DNA of 56,403 nt from a virus (Duplodnaviria > Caudoviricetes). Position numbers and translations under genes: made by a program. Shown here piece after piece: positions 27,516 through 36,678 of this stretch. The notes beneath the pieces were generated by a model. It ran no database searches. It was not told where the DNA came from and was given only the letters and a program-made list of their open reading frames with translations. The stretch spans positions 1-56,403 of the IMG/VR virus record IMGVR_UViG_3300048584_000026; one strand, written 5' to 3'. Position 1 is the first letter of the stretch, and the number at the start of each line of letters is the position of its first letter.

Positions 27516-28757
27516 ATGACTACCACCATCAACCTCCCCGCCGACAAGTTCGACAACACCATGACGTTCGTGCGGCCTGAAAACCCGGCCACGCGCGTTG
27601 CGCTGGACAAGCTGGCTGTGTTGCCCGGCTTCAATACCCGCGTCAAGGACGCGGACTACAACGAGCGTGTCACCGGCATCGCCGAGAGCATCGTCGCCAA
27701 CGGCTTCTTCGATGACAAGCCGTTCGCTGTGACCATGCTGCCCGGCGATGATACGGTCTACATCTACGACGGTGAACACCGTTTCGACGCGGCCAAGGCG
27801 GCCCTGCTCGACGGTGCCGAGTTCCCGGACGGCCTGCCGGTCGCATGGGCGAAGGACGGCGCGACGGTCCGCGACCTGACGATCCACCTTGCCCACGGTA
27901 ACGCAGGCGAGCGGCTGAACATGGTCGAACTTGCTGCGGTCGTGCGCCGTATGCAGGGCCTCGGCATGGAGAAGGGCGAGATCGCCGAAGCTCTGGGCCG
28001 TACGACCCGCCACATCGACAACCTGTTCGTCCTCGCCGAAGCGAACCAGACCGTGAAGCGCGCCGTCGCCAGTGGCAAGATCGCTGGGGCCGAGGCCGTC
28101 AAGCTTGTCCGCAAGCACGGCAGCAAGGATGCGGCGACCGAGATCACGGCCCGGATCAAGAAGGCCGAGGAGCAGGGTAAGGCGAAGGCCACGCCCAAGA
28201 CGGCTATCAGCGCGCCGACCGGCCCAAAGATGAAGAAGGTCAACCTGACCATGACCTTCGGCACTGGCGACGTTATGGCCGATCTGTTGAAGAACATGGC
28301 GAAGGCGATTCGCGCCGAAGTCCAGATCGGCGAAGGCGACAAGCTGGCCGAGGACGGCAAGATCGAGGTCGTGATCCACGTCGTCGATCAGCAGGCCGAG
28401 GCTGCCAAGATCGCGGCAGAGAAGGCCAAGGCCGAAGCTGCGGCGAAGCGTGAAGCCGAGAAGGCGGAAGCTGCGAAGGCCAAGGCCGAAGCCAAGGCCA
28501 AGCGTGAAGCCGAGAAGGCGGAGGCAGCCAAGAAGAAGGAAGCCGAAGCCAAGGCCAAGCGCGCCGCCGAAGCCAAGCTCCTCAAGGAAGCCGCGAAGGG
28601 CAAGCCCGCCAGCGGGGCCAAGACCCCTGCGAAGGACAAGCCCGCGAAGGCCCCTGCGAAGCCCAAGGCTGCGTCGAAGGCTTCGGAGGCCCCAGCAGCC
28701 GCAGAATCGCCGGAAAAGGCCCCCAGCACGGGCGACGACGGCATGGGCGGCCTCTAA
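27516..28757 (+). CDS. ParB-like protein (ParB/Srx domain, HTH, Ala/Lys-rich tail)
   Basis: GFNTR, YIYDGEHR (GxxR box), HTH EIAEALGRTTRHI, AK/EA repeats; ends DDGMGGL. Confidence 0.8.
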   Translation: MTTTINLPADKFDNTMTFVRPENPATRVALDKLAVLPGFNTRVKDADYNERVTGIAESIVANGFFDDKPFAVTMLPGDDTVYIYDGEHRFDAAKAALLDGAEFPDGLPVAWAKDGATVRDLTIHLAHGNAGERLNMVELAAVVRRMQGLGMEKGEIAEALGRTTRHIDNLFVLAEANQTVKRAVASGKIAGAEAVKLVRKHGSKDAATEITARIKKAEEQGKAKATPKTAISAPTGPKMKKVNLTMTFGTGDVMADLLKNMAKAIRAEVQIGEGDKLAEDGKIEVVIHVVDQQAEAAKIAAEKAKAEAAAKREAEKAEAAKAKAEAKAKREAEKAEAAKKKEAEAKAKRAAEAKLLKEAAKGKPASGAKTPAKDKPAKAPAKPKAASKASEAPAAAESPEKAPSTGDDGMGGL

Positions 28758-28760
28758 GCC

Positions 28761-29234
28761 GTGATCGTCGGCGTCACCGGCCACCGGGACGTTGAACAGG
28801 AGCCGGGCGAACTTCTAGCGTTCGCCCGGCTTTCTGTTGCCCTGATGGTCGAGCGAGGCTGTACGGAAATCATTACCGGCATGGCACGAGGCTGGGACCT
28901 CAAGGTCGCTCGGGCTGCCGCCGATCTCGGGGTACCCTTCATCGCTGCCGTCCCGTTCATAGGACAGACGGAGTACTGGGTACCGGCTGACCGGGCAGAC
29001 CACGACTGGGCGCTCGCCAGAGCCAGCCGGGTACACATCCAGTCGAAGGTCGCGCTGAACGTCGCCTACATCCTCCGGGACGAGTGGATCGTGAACCAGT
29101 GCGACGAGCTATGGGCGCTGGACAGCGGCAGGCGATCCGGCAGCCATACGACCGTATTGTATGCGGAGAAGGTCGAGCGTACAGTGAGGTCGCTCTGGGA
29201 GCCGTGGTTGCGCTTCCGAGCAGAAAGGACCTGA
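28761..29234 (+). CDS. SLOG-family (YspA/DUF1273-like) protein
   Basis: IVGVTGHR, ITGMARGWD, AAVPF, RDEWIV, SGSHTTV. Confidence 0.75.
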   Translation: MIVGVTGHRDVEQEPGELLAFARLSVALMVERGCTEIITGMARGWDLKVARAAADLGVPFIAAVPFIGQTEYWVPADRADHDWALARASRVHIQSKVALNVAYILRDEWIVNQCDELWALDSGRRSGSHTTVLYAEKVERTVRSLWEPWLRFRAERT

Positions 29235-29370
29235 GATGCCGCATCGCCCCTACCAGACAATGCAGACCAGCCCGAAGCCCCGCATGGCCGAGGAAGCCCC
29301 TATCCAGCGCGTTGTGGGTGCCGGGATCGAGCGCCACATGGGGGCGACCCGTATCCCTCGCCCACGCGCC

Positions 29371-29399
29371 TTGAAACCCCCGGTCGGTTAGACTATACC
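29371..29399 (+). promoter_or_regulatory. Putative promoter for a small RNA
   Basis: TTGAAA-17 nt-TATACC with no plus-strand gene downstream. Confidence 0.5.
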
Positions 29400-29404
29400 T
29401 CGAA

Positions 29405-29503
29405 TCGCTTCTCTGGGAGCGACAGCGCCGGGTTCTCGACCGCCCGCCGCCTGCATCGGAAGGCCCTGCGTGTCGGCTTCGACTCCTCGCGCAGGGCCTT
29501 CTT
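29405..29503 (+). ncRNA. Candidate anti-RBS small RNA
   Basis: 5' hairpin (29405-29422); 12-bp terminal stem (29459-29470 with 29490-29501) enclosing GGCTTCGACTCCT. Confidence 0.45.
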
Positions 29504-29506
29504 GAT

Positions 29507-29791
29507 TCAGTCCTTCGGGCAATCCAGATCAGGCATCCCCGTTTCGTCGAAGAACTTGCAGAGCCGGACGCCAGCCGATCTCAGCCGGTCGCCCCAGCTT
29601 TCGACGCGGGCGTTGTAGGTTGCCTCGGCCACGGGGTCGGTCGCGATCTCGTCGCCGGGGACCGGCTTGGCCTCAGTCACCGCCCTCAGGTCGGCAGGCG
29701 GGGGGTACCCGCCCGATCCGGCGCAGGCGCTCGCAAGCAAGAGCGTGGGCAGCAGGGCTGATCTCGCCCCCCGGTGCAGCTTCGATGACAT
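29507..29791 (-). CDS. o-spanin (Rz1-like lipoprotein)
   Basis: Signal peptide with lipobox LLASAC, Pro-rich, overlaps the i-spanin gene. Confidence 0.7.
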   Translation of the reverse strand: MSSKLHRGARSALLPTLLLASACAGSGGYPPPADLRAVTEAKPVPGDEIATDPVAEATYNARVESWGDRLRSAGVRLCKFFDETGMPDLDCPKD

Positions 29792-30059
29792 CTCGCAGTT
29801 CCTCCTCGTTCTGGGCATTGGTGATAGCGTCAGCCGTTCGTTGGTCTGCCGCGTTTTCCCGCGCCGGTCCAGCCGCCGCTTCGCGCTCGGTCTCGTGCTG
29901 CTCGATGACAGAGGCATCGTAGGCGCACTTGCCGAGCGAGAGGACCGCGACGAGCAGGATGGCGAGAGTGATGAACCCGGCGATCCGGGCAGCCTTGTAG
30001 GATAGCTCCTTGCCCAGCAGAGCGGGCAGGAAAGCGCCGATAGAGGCGATCAGTGACAT
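29673..30059 (-). CDS. i-spanin (Rz-like)
   Basis: N-terminal TM helix plus helical periplasmic domain, downstream of the endolysin. Confidence 0.7.
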   Translation of the reverse strand: MSLIASIGAFLPALLGKELSYKAARIAGFITLAILLVAVLSLGKCAYDASVIEQHETEREAAAGPARENAADQRTADAITNAQNEEELRDVIEAAPGGEISPAAHALACERLRRIGRVPPACRPEGGD

Positions 30060-30122
30060 AGCGTGTCTCCTTGGTCAGGACGCACACTTGTAGCCTAGCC
30101 CCTTGCGCGGGTCTAGCCCCGA

Positions 30123-30160
30123 GAAAAACCCCGCCTATCCGGGGGGCGGACGGCGGGGTT
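30123..30160 (-). terminator. Rho-independent terminator between endolysin and spanins
   Basis: Minus strand AACCCCGCC...GGCGGGGTTTTTC. Confidence 0.7.
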
Positions 30161-30313
30161 GATGAGTCTGGGAGAGGAGAGAGTTTGCGTCCGGCCTATC
30201 AAACTCTCGGCGATCCTATCACCCGGCGAGCCGGTCCTTCGGATCACAGCGCCCTAAGCCCTAGGGGCCAGTGCCGTGCTGTCCGATCTACCTAGACCGA
30301 TTCGGCTGTTCCG

Positions 30314-31129
30314 TCAAGCAGGGGGCCGGTACCCACTCTCCAGCAGAGCGGTCTGGAAGTCCATGGCGTACTCGGCGATCAAGTCCTGCCGGTCGCGCCC
30401 GTTGATGATGTCACGGCTGGCGACAAACTGGGCGAGACGTGCAGGCCCAGATGCGGGTAGATCGTCGTCAATGTCGCGCCCAGTGAACCAGCCCTCGCGC
30501 ATACCGGCCACGAGGATTGCGGCGGCAATCGCGGGTTCCATGGCCCGCTCAGGCTGGGCCACCAGATCGACATCGAAGCCCATCTCCCGGAGCTTCTTGG
30601 TCGCCCGGCGATAGTTGGTCAGGCCCGTGAGTTGCACGTAACCGCGACCGGCGAATTTGGCCCCGTCGCCCGGCGTCAGATTGCCAAGCTCGCGGGCCTT
30701 CGCCGGTCGCGCCCCCCTGATGTCGTACATCCGAGTGAAGTAGGCCGGGCCGCCGATCTCCTTGATTGGCTGCATCGTCCCGTTGACCTCGTGATAGGTT
30801 GTCGCCAGCGCATAGGCAACCCACGAGATACCCCAGCCTTGCTTGGCGCAAGCCTTGATGATTCGGTCGCAACCCTCGAACTCGCCAGCCGTGATTTTCG
30901 GACCCAGCATGTCGTTGCCCCGGAGCCAGTCGTAGAAGGCCCCGTAATCCCGGAAAGCGAAGCTGGCGTCCTCTGTTTCGGTCACGGGGGGCGCAGCAGG
31001 CGCAGGAGCCGGTCGCGGAGCCGTCACCACGATCTCGTCCTGTCCTCGGACCATGTTGGCGGCGGCCTGCGCGAAGGCTTGCTCAAGGGCCGTCCAGTCT
31101 TGCGAGCGGAGGGTGATGGTATCAGTCAT
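30314..31129 (-). CDS. Endolysin, GH19 (chitinase-like)
   Basis: YALATTYHE...GDGAKFAGRGYVQLTGLTNY...RDIING. Confidence 0.9.
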   Translation of the reverse strand: MTDTITLRSQDWTALEQAFAQAAANMVRGQDEIVVTAPRPAPAPAAPPVTETEDASFAFRDYGAFYDWLRGNDMLGPKITAGEFEGCDRIIKACAKQGWGISWVAYALATTYHEVNGTMQPIKEIGGPAYFTRMYDIRGARPAKARELGNLTPGDGAKFAGRGYVQLTGLTNYRRATKKLREMGFDVDLVAQPERAMEPAIAAAILVAGMREGWFTGRDIDDDLPASGPARLAQFVASRDIINGRDRQDLIAEYAMDFQTALLESGYRPPA

Positions 31130-31553
31130 GGTAGCGGCTCCTCGGGGCAGCGTCAGGCTCGTCGTCAGGGCGCTCAGGGCGTCCGATATGGGTCTCGGCT
31201 TCGGTGACGCGCCCTCCCCGCTCCACGCGGCCCTTGCGGGTCATCTCGACGCCTGAGCGCAGGGTACGGGCCGCTTGGACGATCCGAGTGATCTGCTCGG
31301 CGCTAGGCGCGATCATGTAGTACGTGATCGTGAACCAGAGCAGCAGGCACAGGTAGAGCGCCGCCGTGCGCAGCGAGTCCTGATCGTCCATTTTGTAGAC
31401 GACGAACACCAGTAGCGCCCAGATCGAGACCGTGGCGATATACGAGTACAGCCGCCGCCAGAGGAAATTGCTCTCAGGCAGCGGGTCCTGTACGTCGATC
31501 TCCGCCGTGGCCGGGCTGTTCGTGACCTTGACCTGACTATCGGGCTTGCTCAA
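31122..31553 (-). CDS. Holin-like protein (2 TM)
   Basis: Two TM helices and a charged C-terminus, directly upstream of the endolysin. Confidence 0.6.
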   Translation of the reverse strand: MSKPDSQVKVTNSPATAEIDVQDPLPESNFLWRRLYSYIATVSIWALLVFVVYKMDDQDSLRTAALYLCLLLWFTITYYMIAPSAEQITRIVQAARTLRSGVEMTRKGRVERGGRVTEAETHIGRPERPDDEPDAAPRSRYHD

Positions 31554-31936
31554 CTCCGCCTCCGCATTTGGTCCACCAGATCAACCGTAGCCGCCCGGAG
31601 CCGGTGCTGCTCCTCGATCTGGGACCGCGTGATTTCGCGCTGATCTTGCAGCGCCTCCACCATGTCGTCAGCCCGGCGCACGAGTTGCCGGACCAGATCA
31701 CGAAGCTCGGCGTTGGCCTGCGTGATCGAGCGCATGGATTCGCTCAAGTCTCTGACCGCCACGGGATCGAGCAACGCAGCAGGCTTGGCCTCGCCAGCCG
31801 GGCCTTCCTTCTTGATCTCTTTGATGCCTTTGTGGATGCCCCCGATGACCGCAGCAACGGCCATGAAGAACACCGTCAAGCTGGTAGCAACCGCCGACAG
31901 GTCAGGCGATGATGCTGTGATGTCTGCGGGCGTCAC
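31550..31936 (-). CDS. Membrane-anchored coiled-coil lysis-cassette protein
   Basis: One TM helix plus coiled coil; AAGGAG RBS before GTG. Confidence 0.6.
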   Translation of the reverse strand: MTPADITASSPDLSAVATSLTVFFMAVAAVIGGIHKGIKEIKKEGPAGEAKPAALLDPVAVRDLSESMRSITQANAELRDLVRQLVRRADDMVEALQDQREITRSQIEEQHRLRAATVDLVDQMRRRS

Positions 31937-32402
31937 GGCGGGTCTCCTTTTCGACCTCCCGCTGTTTCTCCGCGTGAACGACATCCACGGCGGCTCGGTA
32001 CGCTGAAAGGAGGTCAGCGATTACGAACCACGGATAGACCACAAGGCCCGTGTTGGGAACCCCTGACTGCCACAAGCCGATCACGATCTGGGTGAAAATG
32101 AACATGGAGATGAAGCTGGCGATAACACGGACCAGCGGTGTGCGGGTCCACGCGCCATTGACGAATAGCGCGATGCCCCGGCAGAGGCCAACGCAGAAGG
32201 CCGCGCCACCCCAGAACAACGCCGGGTAAGGCGTGAAGCGGTCAGAGATCGCCATAAGCCCGCCGAGCAGGGCCGAGGTAGCGGGGTGGTGGAACATCTC
32301 AGGGTGAACCAGAACGTACCAGCCCCACGCGACCAGAATACCCGCCATGAGCCACTCCATTTTGCGAGCGGGCCAGTGAGACCTGAGCGAATCAATAACC
32401 AT
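31902..32402 (-). CDS. Multi-TM membrane protein (possible holin/antiholin)
   Basis: About 4 hydrophobic helices; first gene of the lysis cassette. Confidence 0.6.
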   Translation of the reverse strand: MVIDSLRSHWPARKMEWLMAGILVAWGWYVLVHPEMFHHPATSALLGGLMAISDRFTPYPALFWGGAAFCVGLCRGIALFVNGAWTRTPLVRVIASFISMFIFTQIVIGLWQSGVPNTGLVVYPWFVIADLLSAYRAAVDVVHAEKQREVEKETRRDARRHHSIIA

Positions 32403-32540
32403 AGTCAGTTTCCTCGACTCTTCCATAGCGCGCCCCGTGGACCAGTAAGCCGCGCTTGTAGCCGTTCGGGCGTCAGTTGTCCAGTTTTGCCCCGATCACG
32501 GGAACAAGCTGAGAACAAACGGAAATGGTTTCCGAGAGGG

Positions 32541-33662
32541 CTAAAGCAGATCGGCCACGGGGGAAGTCAGGCGCGCACGGAAGTTCCGGTAGACATGCCC
32601 GGTGCTGCTGCCGCCGATAGTGCCTTCGACGTAGGCCAGATAGGCTTTTGCGTTTGTCGGGACCGCCCCAGATACGACCTCGATAGGATCGGTCTCGGCG
32701 TACTGCTTGAGCGCCCCGCTCGTCAGAGACGAGATCAGCACGTCTGAGGCATCGAAGAAGTCGATCCCGATCCCTGCATTGAAAGAGACGTTCGAGGACC
32801 GTAGCGAACAGGCAACTTCGGCATTGACGACGTTATCTTCGATAGCGGCGATCTGTGCAGCGGTGAAGCTGGCCTTCTTGCCCCAGCGGCGGCGCGGAGA
32901 CCCTGTGTTCGAGGCGTTGCCGAACCGAACCCCCAAGTGGCCGTAGAAGGTGTTGGCGTACGACGAGGCGTCGAAGATCACATCCGACCCGCCGTAGTTG
33001 GTCCAGTCTGCAAGAGCCTTGGGTTCGAAAAGCGTTGCGCTGCTGACCCCGCTCAGGAGTGTGCGGGAGATGTCGTCAACGAAGATTTCGTGAGCGTTAC
33101 CCCCTGCGCCTCGCGTTGATTCCATCCCGAAGGCGAGCTTACGGGTTCCGGGCGGGAGAGGCAGAGTCAGGTCCTCAAGGGTCCACGCAGACGGGTTCGT
33201 AGCGCGTCCTCTCACTTGCGCCAGAGCTACGTCGCTCGCGTTCAGTGCAGTCAGGGTCGGGCGGCCAAAGTCGTTTACCTTCGTTGTGCCGGTGATGCGG
33301 TACAGGTCAAACCGAGCCGAGACGATCCCGGCGTCAATATCTGCGTGGTACGCGCTGGGGATGCTCTCTGCAAAACCGATCAAGCTGCTGCCGTTGGTGC
33401 TGGTGGCGGTACGGATGTTACACCGCAGGAACCGGCTCCCGGTCCGCGCAGTTCGGCCCCCTGCGCTCGTCGGCGTATCAGGGGTCATGCTCGCAGAGTC
33501 GCCTAGTAGGTATGCCCACGGAGCCGGTACTGCGTCCTCGAACCCGGCGTTCGGGAGCGCCGCGTAACTCACCGGGTAACTTTCAACCGGAGTCGGGATG
33601 GGGTCGTAGGCAGAACCCCCGCTCGAAAGCATAGCCTGCTGTGCGTAGAAACCGATGCCCAT
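32541..33662 (-). CDS. Tail fibre / receptor-binding protein
   Basis: Ser/Thr/Gly-rich beta protein with an NAGFE carbohydrate-binding-like start; last tail gene. Confidence 0.55.
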   Translation of the reverse strand: MGIGFYAQQAMLSSGGSAYDPIPTPVESYPVSYAALPNAGFEDAVPAPWAYLLGDSASMTPDTPTSAGGRTARTGSRFLRCNIRTATSTNGSSLIGFAESIPSAYHADIDAGIVSARFDLYRITGTTKVNDFGRPTLTALNASDVALAQVRGRATNPSAWTLEDLTLPLPPGTRKLAFGMESTRGAGGNAHEIFVDDISRTLLSGVSSATLFEPKALADWTNYGGSDVIFDASSYANTFYGHLGVRFGNASNTGSPRRRWGKKASFTAAQIAAIEDNVVNAEVACSLRSSNVSFNAGIGIDFFDASDVLISSLTSGALKQYAETDPIEVVSGAVPTNAKAYLAYVEGTIGGSSTGHVYRNFRARLTSPVADLL

Positions 33663-33672
33663 GGCGATGTCC

Positions 33673-34329
33673 TTACGGGTTGGTGTGACCGATCAAGTCA
33701 AAGACATTGACCGCAGCCCGCTTGAGCATGGCAGACATGCCCGGTGCCATGACCAGCGAACCCCCGGCGGGCGGGTTGATCGTGACGCCTGCCCCAGCAA
33801 TCAGGGTGAGGTTCGCAGCGCCAACATTGCGGAGATTCCACTCCCCGTTGTCCGGCAGGGCTTCGGTGCTGTTGGGCCGGACAGTCAGTGACTTGGCGCT
33901 CGTGGCGGTAAACCGGAGATACTGCCCGGCTTGGCTCGCCAACAGGTTTGCGGCGGTGCCGGTAACTTCGGCCACGGTTGAGTAAGGCGATCCGCCAGCC
34001 GTGAAAGGAACCCACGCGGTCCCGTCGAAAAGCAACAGCGCGTTTGCCGCACGGTCGTAGACACGCCACCCCTCCAGCGGCGTGACGTTGATCCAAGCGT
34101 CTGCGTCCCGGATGCCGATCTTGTTGGCCTGCGTCGGGTGTGACGCGCTGAACAGGTAGACCTGACCGTTGGTCGGCGAACTGGGCGTAGTGGAAACGGT
34201 TTCCAAAACCCCGCCCTGAACCAGAACGGACAGCAACAGGAAGTTCAGGCTGACTTCATCGGCCCAGCCGCTTTCGCCGACATCGAAGAAGGCTTGCAGT
34301 CCGAGGTTCGGTAGTGTGCGAGCAGGCAT
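33673..34329 (-). CDS. DUF2793-like tail protein
   Basis: TLPNLGL...W..VTPLEGWRVYD...FDGTAW. Confidence 0.7.
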   Translation of the reverse strand: MPARTLPNLGLQAFFDVGESGWADEVSLNFLLLSVLVQGGVLETVSTTPSSPTNGQVYLFSASHPTQANKIGIRDADAWINVTPLEGWRVYDRAANALLLFDGTAWVPFTAGGSPYSTVAEVTGTAANLLASQAGQYLRFTATSAKSLTVRPNSTEALPDNGEWNLRNVGAANLTLIAGAGVTINPPAGGSLVMAPGMSAMLKRAAVNVFDLIGHTNP

Positions 34330-34344
34330 GTCAAAAGTCCTCTG

Positions 34345-36678
34345 TTATCCGCCCCAGTTCTCGCCCCAGCCATAGCCCCAGCCAGAGACAAGAACAACCT
34401 TGAAACGATAGTGGAAGTAGGACGCAACGCCGTCCCGGAGAGATTCGAACTCGATCCAGACGCTCACAGGGCTGCCGTCGGCAGACTGGAGAGCCGTGGT
34501 GTAGGTCCATGTCGCGCCGGAACCCACATCGTCCTCGCGCAGCAGCGTAACGCCGTCTATGTCGTACACGCGCACGTTGTAGGTGGTCCCAGCTTCCGGG
34601 CCGATGCTGCCCTCCCCGTGGCCGACAAGAACGTCTGCCTGTAGCTTGCGATCCCGGTGAGTCCAAGTCAGCACCGGCTCGGGATATTCTACATCACCGA
34701 GCGAGTAGATCGACACACCGTTGACCTTGAGATCGCCCGGCGGATACGGACGGAAAAGGCGCTGGTCTACCTGAACCGAAACTTCGACTGCGTTTTCCGG
34801 GTCCAGCAGATCGGTAGACGTGCGGGTCAAGGCTTTGCCGTACACCGTCTCTCCGTCTTGGTACTCGATCCCGTCCGATCCGATCTCGTCGTCAATCAGC
34901 CAGATAGTCGATTCTGCGGCGTGGGCTGCCGGGATCGTGTCAGCGACCCCCCGCTTGATCGTGGCTACACGGGTCTCGGAGTCGAAGGTCGTGAACTCCA
35001 TTTGCTCGTCGTTCACGAGAACCGCCATCCCGGCTTCAAACTCGGTCAGGAAGTCCCTCAGGTTTGCCTCGGCCACGGTGAGTTCATCGTCGAGCGGGCC
35101 GATGCTGGTGAGCAGCGTCAGCCAGTTCGTAAAGCCGACCGTCGGGTTTTCGTTGTCCGGATACTCCTCGCTGGTGAGGCTCGTCAGCACGTCGAAGCCT
35201 TGCGCCTGTACACCGGCAGGGGCTTTCGCCAAGATCGCGACGTAGCTGGTCGCCGCGTCTACGGCGTCTTGGTCAGCGGTAGAACTGAGCCGGTAGAAGT
35301 CGCGCCAGTTCATCTCGTAGAGAAGGGTCTCAGGGGACGCGGCGGCTACGAAATTAGGCGGAGTCCAGATGTTCGACGGCGGGGCGATGAACTCGGTCTG
35401 CGGCATACCGAAAACATCCTGAACCGCTTTCACGCTGATCCGGCTGTCCTCCAGCGTACCGTCCCGGACCTCGCCCGCGCGCAGGATCATGTTGCTTATG
35501 CCCTTCGCGGGGTCTGATACACGGAAAGGCATACCCGGCGCGATCCGCCAGCCGCGACGGTCGAGCAGCACAGTCATCTTGCGCAGAGGCAACTGCACCT
35601 TGAGTTCGCGCAGAGCTACCCGCGCGCACAGGTTCCGCGTGGGAAGCCCCCGGAACTCGACCGTGTTGGAAATGATTTCGCCTTGCGACTGGATAGCCGC
35701 GAGGTTGTGGACCCGGACCATAATATCTTCTTTGGTCGTCGGATCGAATCCCTTGACGACGATCTCGTTGAAGCTGGTCTCCTCTGTCCCAGCGTCGTCG
35801 TCAATGAGATCGAGCAGCCCGGTTTCCGGCGTGAACAACGGTAAGTCGTTGACATCGTAATCCTCCCGGATCAGGCGAAGCGTCAGCTTCCCGGTCTGGC
35901 GGTCCACGTACTGCACAGCCCCGATGTGGTTAATCACCATGGGGATGAAGTCGTTGATACTCTCCTGCCGGAACCATGGGATGCAGAGACCCAAGCCTTC
36001 CTCGCAAAGCGTGTTGGCAGCCTGAACGAAGCTATTCTCGTCGATGAACTCGACCGGGATGCCGCGCCCCCACTCGGGGTTCGTATTGACCTCGTACAGG
36101 ATGTGCGCCGGGTTCATGGCGCTGATGAACCCGCCGTTCTCGCTCTGGATAAGGATGCGCGCCTTGGCCGGATACCAAGGGTCGTCGTTGTACCAGCCTG
36201 CGTCCCAGCGACGGACTCGGAAGCTCCACTCTTTCGGGTATGGGTTCATGGCGGCCACCATGCCGTCAAACCATAGCGTCACGACGCCCCGGAAATTCGG
36301 TACGTCGCCGCCAAGCTGGCTCGCAATCGCGGGCAGGGTCCGGAGAGTTCTCAGGGAGATGCCGGTAAGCCCGCCCCCGAAGCCTACAGAGACGCCGGTA
36401 GCTGCGCTATACTGCAAAGGCCCTTGGAGTTCTTGGTCAGCGGCTCCGTTGTAGCAGTAAAGCCCGCCGTCGATCCCGCCTTCTTTCTTCTCTCCTCCGA
36501 ACAGTTCAGGCTTCCGGATAGAAACCAGCGACCCGGATTCTTTGAGAGGGATCACGGAGTCGTACGCCGTCAGGTCGCCGACCCGAATCTCGGCGATCTC
36601 GTTAATCGGTCCACGACCCAAACCCATGTGGATCGAGAAGAAATACCGGAAACCGATAGTTTGCTTCTTAGCACCCAT
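34345..36678 (-). CDS. Central tail / host-specificity protein
   Basis: MGAKKQTIGFRY, LFGGEKKEGG, MNPAHILYE, RGVADT, WTHRDR, GWGYGWGENWG. Confidence 0.85.
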   Translation of the reverse strand: MGAKKQTIGFRYFFSIHMGLGRGPINEIAEIRVGDLTAYDSVIPLKESGSLVSIRKPELFGGEKKEGGIDGGLYCYNGAADQELQGPLQYSAATGVSVGFGGGLTGISLRTLRTLPAIASQLGGDVPNFRGVVTLWFDGMVAAMNPYPKEWSFRVRRWDAGWYNDDPWYPAKARILIQSENGGFISAMNPAHILYEVNTNPEWGRGIPVEFIDENSFVQAANTLCEEGLGLCIPWFRQESINDFIPMVINHIGAVQYVDRQTGKLTLRLIREDYDVNDLPLFTPETGLLDLIDDDAGTEETSFNEIVVKGFDPTTKEDIMVRVHNLAAIQSQGEIISNTVEFRGLPTRNLCARVALRELKVQLPLRKMTVLLDRRGWRIAPGMPFRVSDPAKGISNMILRAGEVRDGTLEDSRISVKAVQDVFGMPQTEFIAPPSNIWTPPNFVAAASPETLLYEMNWRDFYRLSSTADQDAVDAATSYVAILAKAPAGVQAQGFDVLTSLTSEEYPDNENPTVGFTNWLTLLTSIGPLDDELTVAEANLRDFLTEFEAGMAVLVNDEQMEFTTFDSETRVATIKRGVADTIPAAHAAESTIWLIDDEIGSDGIEYQDGETVYGKALTRTSTDLLDPENAVEVSVQVDQRLFRPYPPGDLKVNGVSIYSLGDVEYPEPVLTWTHRDRKLQADVLVGHGEGSIGPEAGTTYNVRVYDIDGVTLLREDDVGSGATWTYTTALQSADGSPVSVWIEFESLRDGVASYFHYRFKVVLVSGWGYGWGENWGG

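Noticed and set aside
28400-28720. GCCAAGGCCGAAG-type repeats as a DNA repeat element
   Set aside because: Explained by the low-complexity Ala/Lys/Glu tail of the ParB-like protein
29478-29487. AGGAGTCGAA on the minus strand as the RBS of a hidden gene
   Set aside because: The nearest ATG is about 26 nt downstream, too far for initiation, and there is no convincing ORF
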